Of a stretch of DNA of 64,000 nucleotides, positions 38,576-50,543 are shown in pieces (within the stretch, counting starts at the first letter, position 1; each line of letters begins with the position of its first letter). A program made the position numbers and the translations under genes. The notes under the pieces are model-generated. The model searched no databases and was not told where the DNA came from. It saw only the letters and a program-made list of their open reading frames with translations. Source of the stretch: Octopus bimaculoides. Its lineage: Eukaryota. The stretch spans positions 62,839,879 through 62,903,878 of the forward strand of contig NC_068990.1 of NCBI RefSeq assembly GCF_001194135.2. Reading direction: 5' to 3'.

Positions 38576-40294
38576 CTGTGAAGTTATTGCGTGAGTCTAT
38601 GTTGAACTGTTTATTGAATTGTCGCCATTGTTGATTGAATTGTTTTTTGAATTGTTGCCGTTGTTGATTCTTTAATTGTTGTTTTGTTTCCCATTTTGGG
38701 AAAATGGAGAGGGAGCCGGAGGCAGGCCCAAGTTATGCGGCCGCAACGGGCAAAGGAGTACACACGCGAGAGTTGGAGGTTCGCGAGATAAAAGTGGAAC
38801 CTAGAAAGATGAAGGAGAGTGAGAAATTAATCAGAAAGGAAGGAAACATTTTGAAGCTGACACCGCCTGAAGAGCTATCGGCCAACGTGACAAAAAGAAC
38901 GTTTACATTTAAAAACCATGAAGGCAGTCACGAGAAAGATAGAAATAGCACCAATTGAGGCCATAAAGGAACGTGTTAAGAATATAAAAAGATTCACAAC
39001 ATACATTACGAGAGGGAGAAGATATTCCACTGTGGAGGTGCGCTTCACAACGGAGGAGAAAGCAATAAAGCACTCCACAGAGGCAATAAGGACAAACGAA
39101 TTGGGTGCTCTTTCCTTCGTACTGCGGCAAACGTGTGTCCAAGGTACGAGTGGGTAAGGTGCCACCCGAATTAAATGAAGAATGGCTGATGACAGCCATA
39201 ATATATAATATGAAAAACGGGAAGATACTAAAGGCTACAAGGACCCAGAAGGTAGATTACTGGGGATATGGGATCGAATTAACGATTCAGGCAACAACGG
39301 AGGACTTGAATAGTGTGGTGAAAGAGATTGTGCTGCCAGAAGATGTGAGACTGAGAGATACTGTGGAGAGAAGGCCGCCAGTGTGTTTCACATGTGGAGA
39401 AAGGGGTAACATGAAGGCGTGGTGCACCCAAAGAAAGCCACAAACAGAACAGGAGGAGAGACAGGAGAGTGTGGACCAGGTTGTACAGGACAAGGCAACA
39501 GAAAAAGAAACAGAAAAAGAAGCGGAGAAGAGATTCACTATGGTTAAAAAGAAAAGAAGGAGGAGCGGAGGAATGAGTTCTCCGCCAGAGAAGCAGAAAA
39601 AGAAGAGAGGAGAGGTGATAAAAGAAACTGTGAAGGAGAACAGTAGGAAGGAAAAAAGAAAGTAAAAAGAAAGTGGAGTTACCAGTGGAGAAAGTGTCGG
39701 AAACTCAACTGTATGAAGGTGAGATGGAGAGACTATTTATGGAGGAAGAAAAGAGAGAACCAAAAATCCGAGTGAAAAGAAAGAAGATACGAGGAGGAGA
39801 AGGAATATGGTATTGTGTGACGTACTGAAAAAATATTGAAACTGAGAAAAAAATAATCAAGTTTCATTCAATAGTAAGAGTCAAGGTGCCTTCATACATC
39901 TACGCGGAGGATATGAAGGCAGTATTGATTGAAGAGGAAAACTACAGAAAATTGAAAGAGATGTGTGGAGATAACGTTGACTCGCCAGGAGTGGAGGTGA
40001 AATTTAAAGAGTTGCCACCAATGGTGAATTTAAGAGATATCGAACCACTAATGAAGTTCTACTAAACACAAAAAAAAAGTATGAAATTAAAGAACAATTG
40101 TAAATAGTACATATAACGGTTCAAATGGTACTGCATGGGAGTGGGGCCCATGCGTCCATTTTCATATTTTTATTTTTATATAACTTTCATTTCATTTACA
40201 TTCGTTTTATGTATGTTTTTTGTCCCCACTGTGGTCTTGTCTGTCCCTGTGGTGCCACCATGTGTGTTTGGAGCTTTATGCCTAATAAAGAAAT
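38576..40294 (+). mobile_element. ORF1-only Tx1/L1-type element, copy 2, apparently full length (~1.7 kb)
   Basis: 5'UTR with short tandem repeats, frameshifted ORF 38704-40065 (MEREPEAGPSYAAA..VEVRF..VRVGKVPPELNEEWL..PPVCFTCGERGNMKAWC..C-terminal domain), 3'UTR ending aataaagaaat. No endonuclease or RT. Confidence 0.85.
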
Positions 40295-40450
40295 CGACAT
40301 TTCGTCTATCTTTATGCTCTGAGTTCAAATTCCGCCAAGGTCGACTTTGCCTTTCAGGGTCGATAAATTAAGTACCAGTTGTGTACTGGGGTCGATCTAA
40401 TTGACTGCCCCGACTCCGCAAAAATTTCGGGCCTTGTGCCTAGAGTAGTA
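40295..40450 (+). mobile_element. 3' part of the split SINE family A copy
   Basis: cgacatttcgtctatctttatgctctgagttcaaattccgccaaggtcgactttgcc..gggccttgtgcctagag. Confidence 0.88.
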
Positions 40451-40506
40451 AAGAATCCAAATCTAGTAAGGAGTCCAGTCATTATAACGTCGGATAAAAA
40501 GCTTGT

Positions 40507-40730
40507 AATATTTGTTCTAACTCCGAGTTCGACTTTGCCTTTCAACCTTTCGGGATCGATGGATTAAGTACCAGTTGCGTACTGGGTTGATCTAATCGAC
40601 TGGACCCCTCCCCCAAAATTTCGGGCCTTGTGCCTAGAGTAGAAAGGAATATTTGTTCTAACTCCTTCCACAGTGAGTTCAAATGCTGCCGAGTTCAATT
40701 TGGCTTTGATCTTTTCGATAAATAACGTAT
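40507..40730 (+). mobile_element. Tandem additional SINE family A 3' halves
   Basis: Second core 40524-40645 and a degenerate third core ~40675-40720, each preceded by aatatttgttctaactcc. Confidence 0.75.
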
Positions 40731-40977
40731 TAATGCTTGGGCTGATCCTTCATTGTTTCGCTGGAAGAAATTGGCAGTGGTTAGATCTAAAGAGAAATGA
40801 GTTGCGCGAAACCAAAATCTCCCAAGACATGTTGCGTTCAATTACGACGCCCATACGACGGTAGCCCAAGGGAGAAACTAATAGTGATATCGTAGTAAGA
40901 TTGAAACAGTCGTCAATGAGAGTAGTTGAACTTAGGTTGAGATTTACTAGATATACTTTTGATGCAATTTGGTTACG

Positions 40978-41185
40978 AATTTTAGCACAAGGCCAGCAAT
41001 TTTAGGGAGGCCGTAAGCTAATTACATTGAACTCAGTACTCAACTGGTACTTATTTCATCGACCCCGAAAGGATGAGAAGCAAAATCAACACCGGCAGAA
41101 TTTGAACTGAGAACGTGAAGACGGATGAAATGCTGCTAAGCATTTTACCCGCCGTGCTAACGATTCTTTTCAGCTCGCCACCTTG
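40978..41185 (-). mobile_element. SINE family A, full length
   Basis: Reverse complement of head, core and tail. Confidence 0.88.
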
Positions 41186-42184
41186 ATACGACGAATAATA
41201 TAAAAACAACAACAAATAGAATTTGTGAATTGATTATGAAAAGATATCACATGACTGATACGTTTTGTTAATCGTTTATCTCCATTTGCAAGCAGTATCG
41301 TTTATTCTTTGCTCGACATTTTCTTACATTACTATATATATATATACCGGCCCTTCATTCTTTTCCGACCCCATCTATATAACACTTCAACACTACACAA
41401 GCATTCAAGTTTCTGAAAACTGTTTTTTTACCGCTCCATACAATATAAAACATTCTACAACAAATGAATAATAACTCCATACAATATTTTAAAGAACACC
41501 TAAAACACAAAGCTATATTTTGATGATATCCAGCCAATATTCCAACTCTTGTCTTCAATGTATCCTATTTACTAATCGTTAATGAAGGAGGAGTGCGGAG
41601 CCAGAAAGACCCTACTGAAGAACTCGACTAAATAATGAATGATGAGAAAATATATTTCTCCAACGAGCTGATTATGAAAGCTGATAGCCTGAACTTCTGT
41701 TCTACTGTAAAGTCTTTGATTGTTCATTATCATTCTCTCTCTCCCTCTCATTCTTCCCGCCTCTTCTCCCCACCTCTCTTTCTCTCTCTCTATCTCTCTC
41801 TCTCTCTCTTTATTTCTTTCTCTCTCCTTGACTTGTGAAGACTATATTAATAAGAGTTGAATGCGTCTGTAAAAGTTTTAAAAGGCGAACAATATTAAAG
41901 AATTTGAAGAATGTCTGAATGACGACTGAGAGGCAAAAGGAGCAAAGAATATTGGAGTAGTCTATGTCCACATCATTAGCTTTCAGAAAGAAAATGATTA
42001 GAATCAAGTCTGGAGGTGGACCTAGCAAAAGTCTGAAACTGTACGATTCTGCTTTGATCTAATAACCCTTCGTAATCAACTCCATCAATTATTTTGTCAG
42101 TTTCATTGTTGATTTTCTACTTTCTCCACCATACTTCAAACTAAGCTAGTACACTAACATCTTCCTCCAGCAACCGACTACTTT

Positions 42185-42220
<36 letters not shown>

Positions 42221-42776
42221 CATACACACATGTATATGTAAATACATACATATGTACATACATGCACACACACACACATATTATACACACACACACACAT
42301 ATGTAAGTGTGTGTGTGTGTGTGCTTAAATATTCTCAGTTTGTTCAGCCAAACTGCCTGTTTGACTTTGACTATATCTTCTTGTTAGTCTGTTTTTATGT
42401 AACGTTCAACCTAAATCTTCGCTGGATTATCTTTCTGATTACTCGTCCATGTTTTTTTCTTATTTTCTATTTCTATCCGTGAATCTCCATGTTTGTCTGC
42501 TTTCCTGTCTGTTTCTACACGCATTTCTACATATGTTTACATATCCATCTATTTAAACAAATGCGTATCCGCAAATCGGCCCATCTATTTTTTTTTTTTT
42601 TTTTTTTTTTTTTTTNNNNNNNNNNNNNNNNNNNNNNNNNNNNNNNNNNNNNNNNNNNNNNNNNNNNNNNNNNNNNNNNNNNNNNNNNNNNNNNNNNNNN
42701 NNNNNNNNNNNNNNNNNNNNNNNNNNNNNNNNNNNNNNNNNNNNNNNNNNNNNNNNNNNNNNNNNNNNNNNNNNNN

Positions 42777-42827
<51 letters not shown>

Positions 42828-43224
42828 ATATATATTCGTGGGAGGGCGTCTCTAAGTAATTTCTGTAATCAATTTATACTCAAAAACAAGCATTGACACC
42901 CTTTTTCGAGAAGCGGCTCGCATAAGACGTGACTCAGCATCAGGTGGGTCGCACAGCCAAATATATTTACGGTAATCTTTCGGAAGCGCTCCATTTAGAT
43001 ATTCCCGCGGTTTGCCCACGACAGTTCTAGAATCTGCCAATTTTTTCTACGCCAAATGTTGTAAAATATTGTACACTAATTTGTTGATTCGTTCATCATT
43101 TTCCCACCAAATATAGTGAAGCAAATGCTCCTGTGAGGAACTTATATTGCCCGAAACATGCTCGTCGATGTTGAAATAATTAACATAATAATAATATAAT
43201 ATATGACATAATAATAATATTGTT

Positions 43225-43508
43225 GGCACTCCGTCGCTTACGACGTCGAGGGTTCCCTTAACGTAGTTCTCGGGGATATTCAGCATGACACAGTGTGACA
43301 AGGCTGACCCTTTGAATTACAGGCACAACAGAAACAGGAAGTAAGATTGAGAGAAAGTTGTGGTGAAAGAGTACAGCAGGGTTCGCCATCATCCCCTGTC
43401 GGAGCCTCGTGGAGCTTTAGGTGTTTTCGCTCAATAAACACTCACAACGCCCGGTCTGGGAATCGAAACCGCGAGTCCGCTGCCCTAACCACTGGGCCAT
43501 TGCGCCTC
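43225..43508 (-). mobile_element. SINE with family C head and body but family D tail; (AAT)n lies next to its 5' end
   Basis: 43345-43508 matches 5031-5200; 43250-43325 matches 29120-29190. Confidence 0.8.
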
Positions 43509-43519
43509 CTCCTCCTCCC

Positions 43520-43570
<51 letters not shown>

Positions 43571-44873
43571 TCATCGACTAATGTTTTCCTCATTGAATGC
43601 ATTTTTACGCCATCTTAGGCGTTTAGGCATCCTGTGTCAATCTGTTTATCTACCTGTCAATCAAACTTTTTGTCTACCTATCAACCTTCCTACCTGTCTA
43701 TCTAACTATCTGCCTGACTGTCTGTCTGTTTACCTGTTTGTCTGTCTAAACCCTCATTTATTTCGCTGCTTTTCAGTTTTGTATTTCTCTTTTTCCTAAT
43801 GTATCAGTTGAGTTCATTGGTCTGTGCAATCATCTAAGACCTTTTTTTTCTTTTCTTTTTTAAAACATTTATCCATTTTTCATTTTCGTTTTCTTATGTA
43901 ATTTCTCTCTTTTCTTTTACTGCTTGCTTTTTCTCGTTTTTCCTTTCTCCCACACCTGTTTCTCCATCAACAGACCATTATTTGCATAATTCTAGAAGCA
44001 ATTGCTAATATTCAGATTTACTTTCCAAACCACGTTTTTTAAGATTATTTCTTACATTTGCACAATATTCGAAAGTAAAGAGGTGTAGAGGACTGCCTCT
44101 ACAATATTTTTTTACTTATACCTATTTTCTCCACACCGGCGAGGAAAGAAGCACTGTCAAATTTTATAAGATTAGAGTTGTAACTTCCAGACACTTTCAC
44201 TGACGTTCTTGTACCACGAAGTCTTATATTTTAGGGGATTTAGTAAAGAGAAGAGTGAAGTTTGAGCCTTATAAAAGACTATGCGACGTTTTTGCACAGC
44301 CATTTTGGGCCCTGCATATTTGTTGTTGTTTATTCAACATCAGAAACCTTTGTTCTTGCTACCTTGTAGCGCCGTGAAAATATCTTCAATGTTCTAGGTG
44401 ACAATTAATGTTTTATAACACCAACTAAACTAATGGAATTCTAAATTTCAATTAACTTTCTGCTTCACTTTATATATCAGATGGCTTGTGAAAGTGATCA
44501 TGTCGATTGCTGTTCTGTAGGAACCGACGTTACTGCCATTTTAACCCCAGGAGGCTGCTTCTTCCAACTGGTTATTCGATGCAATCTGTACCCGATTTAT
44601 AGTGCAAGCAGGGGAGAGACCACCATAACGTACGTATTCGACCTCTTTGTGACCATCCTCGGTAATAGATACTCGTCTGCTAACTAGTTAATTTGCTTGT
44701 TGCAAGATCAGTGACTGTATGTCATTTTCTATATATCGCGAGCTGGAGTGAACTTTTGATATCTACAGAACAGCCATGTTTAAGTGGTGACAGACATTAC
44801 TTGTCGGTATAATTACTGCTTTCATCTCTTATACAAATTTTTTAACTAGCTAATTTGCTAATTGTACTATCCA

Positions 44874-44918
<45 letters not shown>

Positions 44919-46104
44919 ATCTATCTATCTTTCTATCTATCTATCTTTCTATCTATCTATCAATCAATCTAGCTATCTTTCTTTCTGTCTGTCTGTCTGT
45001 TTGTCTGTCTATCTTTCTTTGTTTCTGTGTATCTATAGAATTGTGCATATTTCTCAGCGCGCATGCGTGCGTCTGTGTATTTGCTTCTAGTGTCAAAATG
45101 TACTATCACCAAAACTGGTTCAATCAAGTCAACCGCGATTAGTTGCTGGCGTCCAAACAGCCACGCCCGGTCATCTCCTTCCATTTATAAAATGTCATTT
45201 AGATCGTCAATGAAGTGAAATATTTTCGAAAGGGAATAAAATCACAATATTTCTTTTCGGAAACAGCTTACCTCTACTCTATGCTCTCAAAAATATAATT
45301 TGTTCGGAAACAGAGCACTAAAATATATATTTACATACTGGTATATCAAGGAGTATAATAGAACGAATCGATTAATTATAACCCTAGTATTAATTCTAAC
45401 AACTTTGAAAAGTACGGTTGACGTTGTATTTTGACCGTCAACATACAGAAATTGATGTGGATCTCAGAGAACATAACTCTTCTTTAACATTGTATTTCGG
45501 TGTAAATTTTTATTCATATTCAAATACAAGTTGGTTCTTGTTCAACAGTATGTTTTCCTAACCATACTTCGTACTTGTTATTTGTGCACATACTATTTAT
45601 GTCCAATCCTTATTTTAAACTTTATGTTTTTTCTCCGTTTTTACATCTTCTATGTCGTTTGTTAACATGTTTTTCTTTCCATATACACATTAGCTGTAGT
45701 TTGTGCACATAATTTTCTCACCTTACAATTGTGTGAGCTTATCAACATGTTTTTCAATTCAAACATCTTCTGTGTGTTTTATCTCCTTTATTTGTTTCCC
45801 TATACACATTGTGAAGTATTTTTGCCACATACACATGTCTCAGTCTATTAATCGTATAAGAGATACTTATGGTTTCTTTCTCTGGTAAACTTTTACTTGC
45901 TTTATAATTGTTCTTGGATCTTTTTCTTTTTTCTATGTGTGTGCGTGTGTGTGTTTACACTTACATAACGTGAAAAGGTTTCAGCAAATAGAAAAAGCAC
46001 TCGATCAGCTGAGTGAAGATATGTACGTACGTATGTATGTATGTGTGTATGTATGTATGTATGTGTTGGTGAACTGTCATCACCGTTGGAGAGCACAATG
46101 GTTA

Positions 46105-46808
46105 AAGTTGTTCGTGAGAAAAAGTTAGGGCTCAAAGCCATATGACAACTGTAAAGGCTGCAAGACATGGCATGGATAGCTGCAATGGAGACTAGGAAGC
46201 CATTGCCAGCCGGAAGGGATACAGCAGGTGTTCTGACTGCGTCTGCACGCCGGAGATCGTCCCTACATCCTTGAACAGGTCCCTCAGGCTCAATTCAGAT
46301 GAATATTTAAAACTGCAGGAGACTGTGTCCAACCTCTGGCTGCAGAGGGTTGCTGCTGGAAGGCCATATGTGCAGTAGCAGGATTTGGGTCCTTGCAATA
46401 CCCCCGGAAAAAGTCAGTAGAGGTTGCCAGAGTATTTATACGACTTGACCAGCCCCAATTTCTGGCCTCTTAAATCCCACCGAATGTGATCCCATGGATA
46501 ATTATGTGTGGGGTGCAGTTGAGAAAGGAACCGACACTCTGCCTGCAAGGCCTAGGCTGTACTGGTGTCCAAGATAAAGTAGGTGTTCTAAAATATTCTC
46601 AGAGATACAGTGAGAAATACATATACCTGCTACTGGTGCCATCTTGAGGTCATAGTAGATGCTGAGGGTGGCAGCTTTAAACTACTATCTTCTATCCATA
46701 ATCAAGTTGATATTTAAAAAAAATTTTTTAATAATTTATTATTGAGTGAGATATTGTGTTCTATTTGGTTTTTATGCAAACTATCAAATTTAACGCGAAC
46801 AGCCCGTA
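46105..46808 (+). mobile_element. Tc1/mariner (DD37D/maT-like) transposase 3' remnant with a probable 3' TIR
   Basis: LNSDEYLKL..WLQRVAAGRPYVQ*QD..PNFWPLKS..CDPMDNYVWGAVEK..HLEVIVDAEGGSF. It ends ..gcgaacagcccgta followed by TA. Confidence 0.75.
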
Positions 46809-46843
46809 TATATGGAGAGTTACATATGGATACATATGGATAC

Positions 46844-46874
<31 letters not shown>

Positions 46875-47559
46875 TGTATGTGTCTGAACTTCGGTATATG
46901 GTGAAGCAAATATTTGCTGATCCCTTAATTATGTTTATAAATATATATGAGCTTTTAAATAAGTTCTCCACCAATAATGGTGCTTTCATACCGATGGGCT
47001 TGGTAAAAATTATTAATTGTTAATTGATTTATTAATTAATAAATTGATAATCCTTTACCCTTTTAATTTGTAATAATTATATATATATATATATATATAC
47101 TTCTGTGTAGTGGGTGTTTGTGTGTGTGCTTGTGTGTGTGTTTATGTATGTGAGAGAGAGAAAAAAAGAAAGAGAGAGAAAAGGAGAAAGAAAGAGTATG
47201 CGTGTGTAAATATATATTCGCTTAAAACAACCTTAGTGCTTTTCACATTGTACACGATCTCCACTGCTAAAGAACTTCACATATGAGACTATGCCTATTT
47301 CTCCATTCTACGCGTTTTAGGTATTATGATTTGAACTGATACATACATATATACATACATGCACATGCACACACATATCTACACACACATATCTACACAC
47401 ACATATCTACACACACATACTGTTTAATTTATTGCATAACTGACTAATGTATCACATGCAAATCAAGAAATCTATACTATATCTTGCTATGTATTGCAAA
47501 ATAATCTACTAGTTCTCTGTGTAACGAAAGGGTATTCTTTAGTGAGGAGAGAATCAGTT

Positions 47560-49120
47560 CTGAAACAAATTTGTTACAAAAATTTAGAGGTTTTTTAAAT
47601 CGTCGAGATTGGCGATGATTTAACCGTCGACGAGGCCTATGACAAAATGGTGGCCAGTGGGATGCACTATGAGGGAAGTAATTGGCAGTCAACGTCAAAT
47701 CTCTTTGTGTTTCTATGGAGTCGACTAAGGTTCAAAGATGAGCTCTATTACGATGCTAACTCTTAAGCTCAGTTTATCACTAGTGATCAAAATAGTTGAA
47801 ATCACTAGTGATCAAAATAGAGCTTCCATTACAATTTGTAGATATGCTCTGAGTAGAAAAGGGGTATTTTCTTTTTTGGTGCACCTGATTGAAGAAAAGA
47901 AAAATATCTCTGATAAACTTCGTATGGCGAGGAAAAATTGGAAAATTACAATGACAATTGCATCTTCAATTCTTGCTGCCATTTTAATATCTGAAATCAG
48001 AGCAGCGCATTCATTCTGTTATTGAACTTGACCATAACACAGTAACCAGTAATATTGGCATAAGGGAGGGCTAAGTCGATTACATCGACTCCGCTGTCCA
48101 GCTGGTACTTCTTTTATCGAGCCTGAAATGATGAAAAGCAAATTCGACCTCGGCGGAATTTGAACACAGAAAGTAAAGACGGACGAAATGCCGCTAAGCA
48201 TTTTACCCGGCGTGCTAAAGATTCTGCCAGCTCACCGCCTTAATAGCAATCTGTAATATTGGTAAAGAAACCAAAGTAGTGATAATGCGAACAATGAGGG
48301 AAAATTGGGATGTGTGCTCTATATTCTATAAAGTTGCCTTAAATTCAATTTAAAGGATATCAAATGCTCTTTTCGGTGGAATAACAGCAGTTTGAGATAC
48401 TTTTATCGTGCAAAGACTTTCTAAAGGTTACAAAAGTAGATTAAGTCAGAAGCTATTGAAAATCGCCATACGTTTAGAGGCATATTAAAAAAGAAGCATG
48501 AAATGTAAACAAACATGAGAACTTGCCGTACGAAAGATTAACACACTGTTTAGTTTGCCACAAGTTTTTCAAGCTTCAAGAACGAGTTGTGGTTTTTACC
48601 TGGTCAAAATGGGAGACGTGTGTATGGCTGATATTTGCGAATTGACATCATCTATTGATAAACGGAACTATAACACCTGCTGTGCCCTTTCCTGCTGGTG
48701 ACGGCTTCGCAGTCTCCTTTCTAGTCGTCCATGTCAGGTCTTACTGCCATTGCAGTGTTCACAGAGTATTGAGCAGCAGTAATAATGTCGGCATTTTGAA
48801 ACTCAACGTTAAAGATAATTCCTACAAACTCAAATCGCTCGATGAAAGATCAATACTTGCTCCAATCCATAAGACTTTTGAGATGAGAACTGAACGAATT
48901 AGTCAACAAATTGCATCGATATGAACTTGTTTACAAGTCCGTGAACATTTTTAGATCACAAAGATATTGTGAACTACCTATCAATTTTCTCAACAACCTC
49001 GAGTCATCTCCTGTGCGATATTAGAAGATTATCTTTGGTAAGTATTTGGCACATAATTGATAGACAAGCTACTAGCGTCACATCTGAAGCAACGATACTA
49101 ACAGGTTGTGCAGGCTTGAT
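47560..49120 (+). mobile_element. Helitron RepHel (PIF1-like helicase) remnant, interrupted by a SINE
   Basis: RRGL*QNGGQWDA; ITMTIASSILAAIL..RAAHS (~IALAVASSGIAATLL.GGRTAHS); ENWDVCS; LFGGIT; TNMR; ERSILAP; EATILTGCA. Confidence 0.8.
48050..48242 (-). mobile_element. SINE family A nested in the Helitron remnant
   Basis: Full head ..gccagctcaccgcctta and core. Confidence 0.9.
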
Positions 49121-49174
49121 TACAATTTATAAACATGTTCAGAACAAACAAAAAAAGGCAAAATTTCTTTCTCG

Positions 49175-49655
49175 ATGAGCAAGAAAAACCTTTCTGATAA
49201 ATTTAGTGGTTGAACCAAGGAAACAGGAAAGTGACTGTGGCAATTGTATCTTCAATTCTTACTCGCACATCAATATCTGGAGGCAAAACAATGCATTCAA
49301 TCTGTTGTTGAACCTGATCATAAATGGCTCTATGAAAAGTTAATATTTGCTCCAATCCATAGGACTTTTGAGATGATTACTGAACGAATTACTCAACAAT
49401 CACACTGATATGAATTTGTTTACAAATCTGTGAGCATTGTTGTAGATCATGAATCGCTGTGAACTGCCCCATCGATTTTCTTACCAGCCTGGATCTACTT
49501 CGTATGCTACATTACAAGGTCTTCAGTTATCTTTAGTAAGAACTTGACACCTGGTTCATAGACAAACTACTAAGGTCACATTTGACCGAAGCAGCAATAC
49601 AGACAGGTTGTGCAGCAAGTGAGGATATGTTTATGCCAAGAATTCCAGCTTAAGC
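49175..49655 (+). mobile_element. Second Helitron helicase segment with an internal deletion
   Basis: VTVAIVSS..GGKTMHS joined almost directly to WLYEKLIFAP..TEAAIQTGCAASEDMFMPRIP; similar in nucleotide sequence to 47905-48030 and 48830-49110. Confidence 0.8.
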
Positions 49656-50500
49656 CAAATGTGTTGTGGTTTCAAAGGCTGTAGTTTCCAGGAGGTATGT
49701 TCTTTGTTATTGCATATCTATGTTAGTATGCATGTTTTCCTGCTTTTATTTTTTTTAATGTGTATGAAAATACGCTAAGGCCAAAAGTGTGACGCAGTCA
49801 CGTGGTTAGTTGAAGGGAAAGGTGGAAAGAGAGAGAAGAGTGAGAGAGAGCGAAGAGATTAGTGGTAATATTTGAGAGAAAGGAATTGCTACTACCTGAT
49901 ATAAAGATAAAAATAATAGACAACTCTCAAAATAGAGGAGATAACAAGTGTTTAAGAATCGATATGGATCTCTCCTACAACTGTACCATCAATTCAATTT
50001 ATATGAACTTCATAGCATCTCGAGACAGAAAAACAACAATTTCAAAATATATTATGTATTTTATGGTCCTCTTAAAACTTCTAACATTCTTGTAGTTTAT
50101 TTATTTATTTACTTATTTATTTCAAATAATCATATTTAGATTTATTAAAAACTTAAATAATGTGTTCTATTTTATTCCATAGTTAAGATTGTTTACTTCT
50201 TCACGTAAAATGAAAAGTAATAGAAAACAACTCACAAAGTACAAGATGTAAGAATATAGCTTTCAAAGACGTTTCTTCAGATTGCACCTTTAATGCTACC
50301 TATGTGAACTTTTACACCATCTCAATAATCAAATGCTTTAGAAAATAGAGAATTCCGCTAGATAATTTTCAAAATAACTGTGGTATTTTCACGGACATGT
50401 ACATAAATATATGTATGAATCCATCCATCCATCCATCCATCCATTCATCCATCCATCCATACATACATACATACATACATACATACATACATACATACAT

Positions 50501-50543
<43 letters not shown>

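Noticed and set aside
42852-45184. GC-richer ORFs 42852-43040(-), 44481-44687(+) and 44969-45184(-)
   Set aside because: No recognisable domain and no convincing pair of splice sites; their length is within chance.
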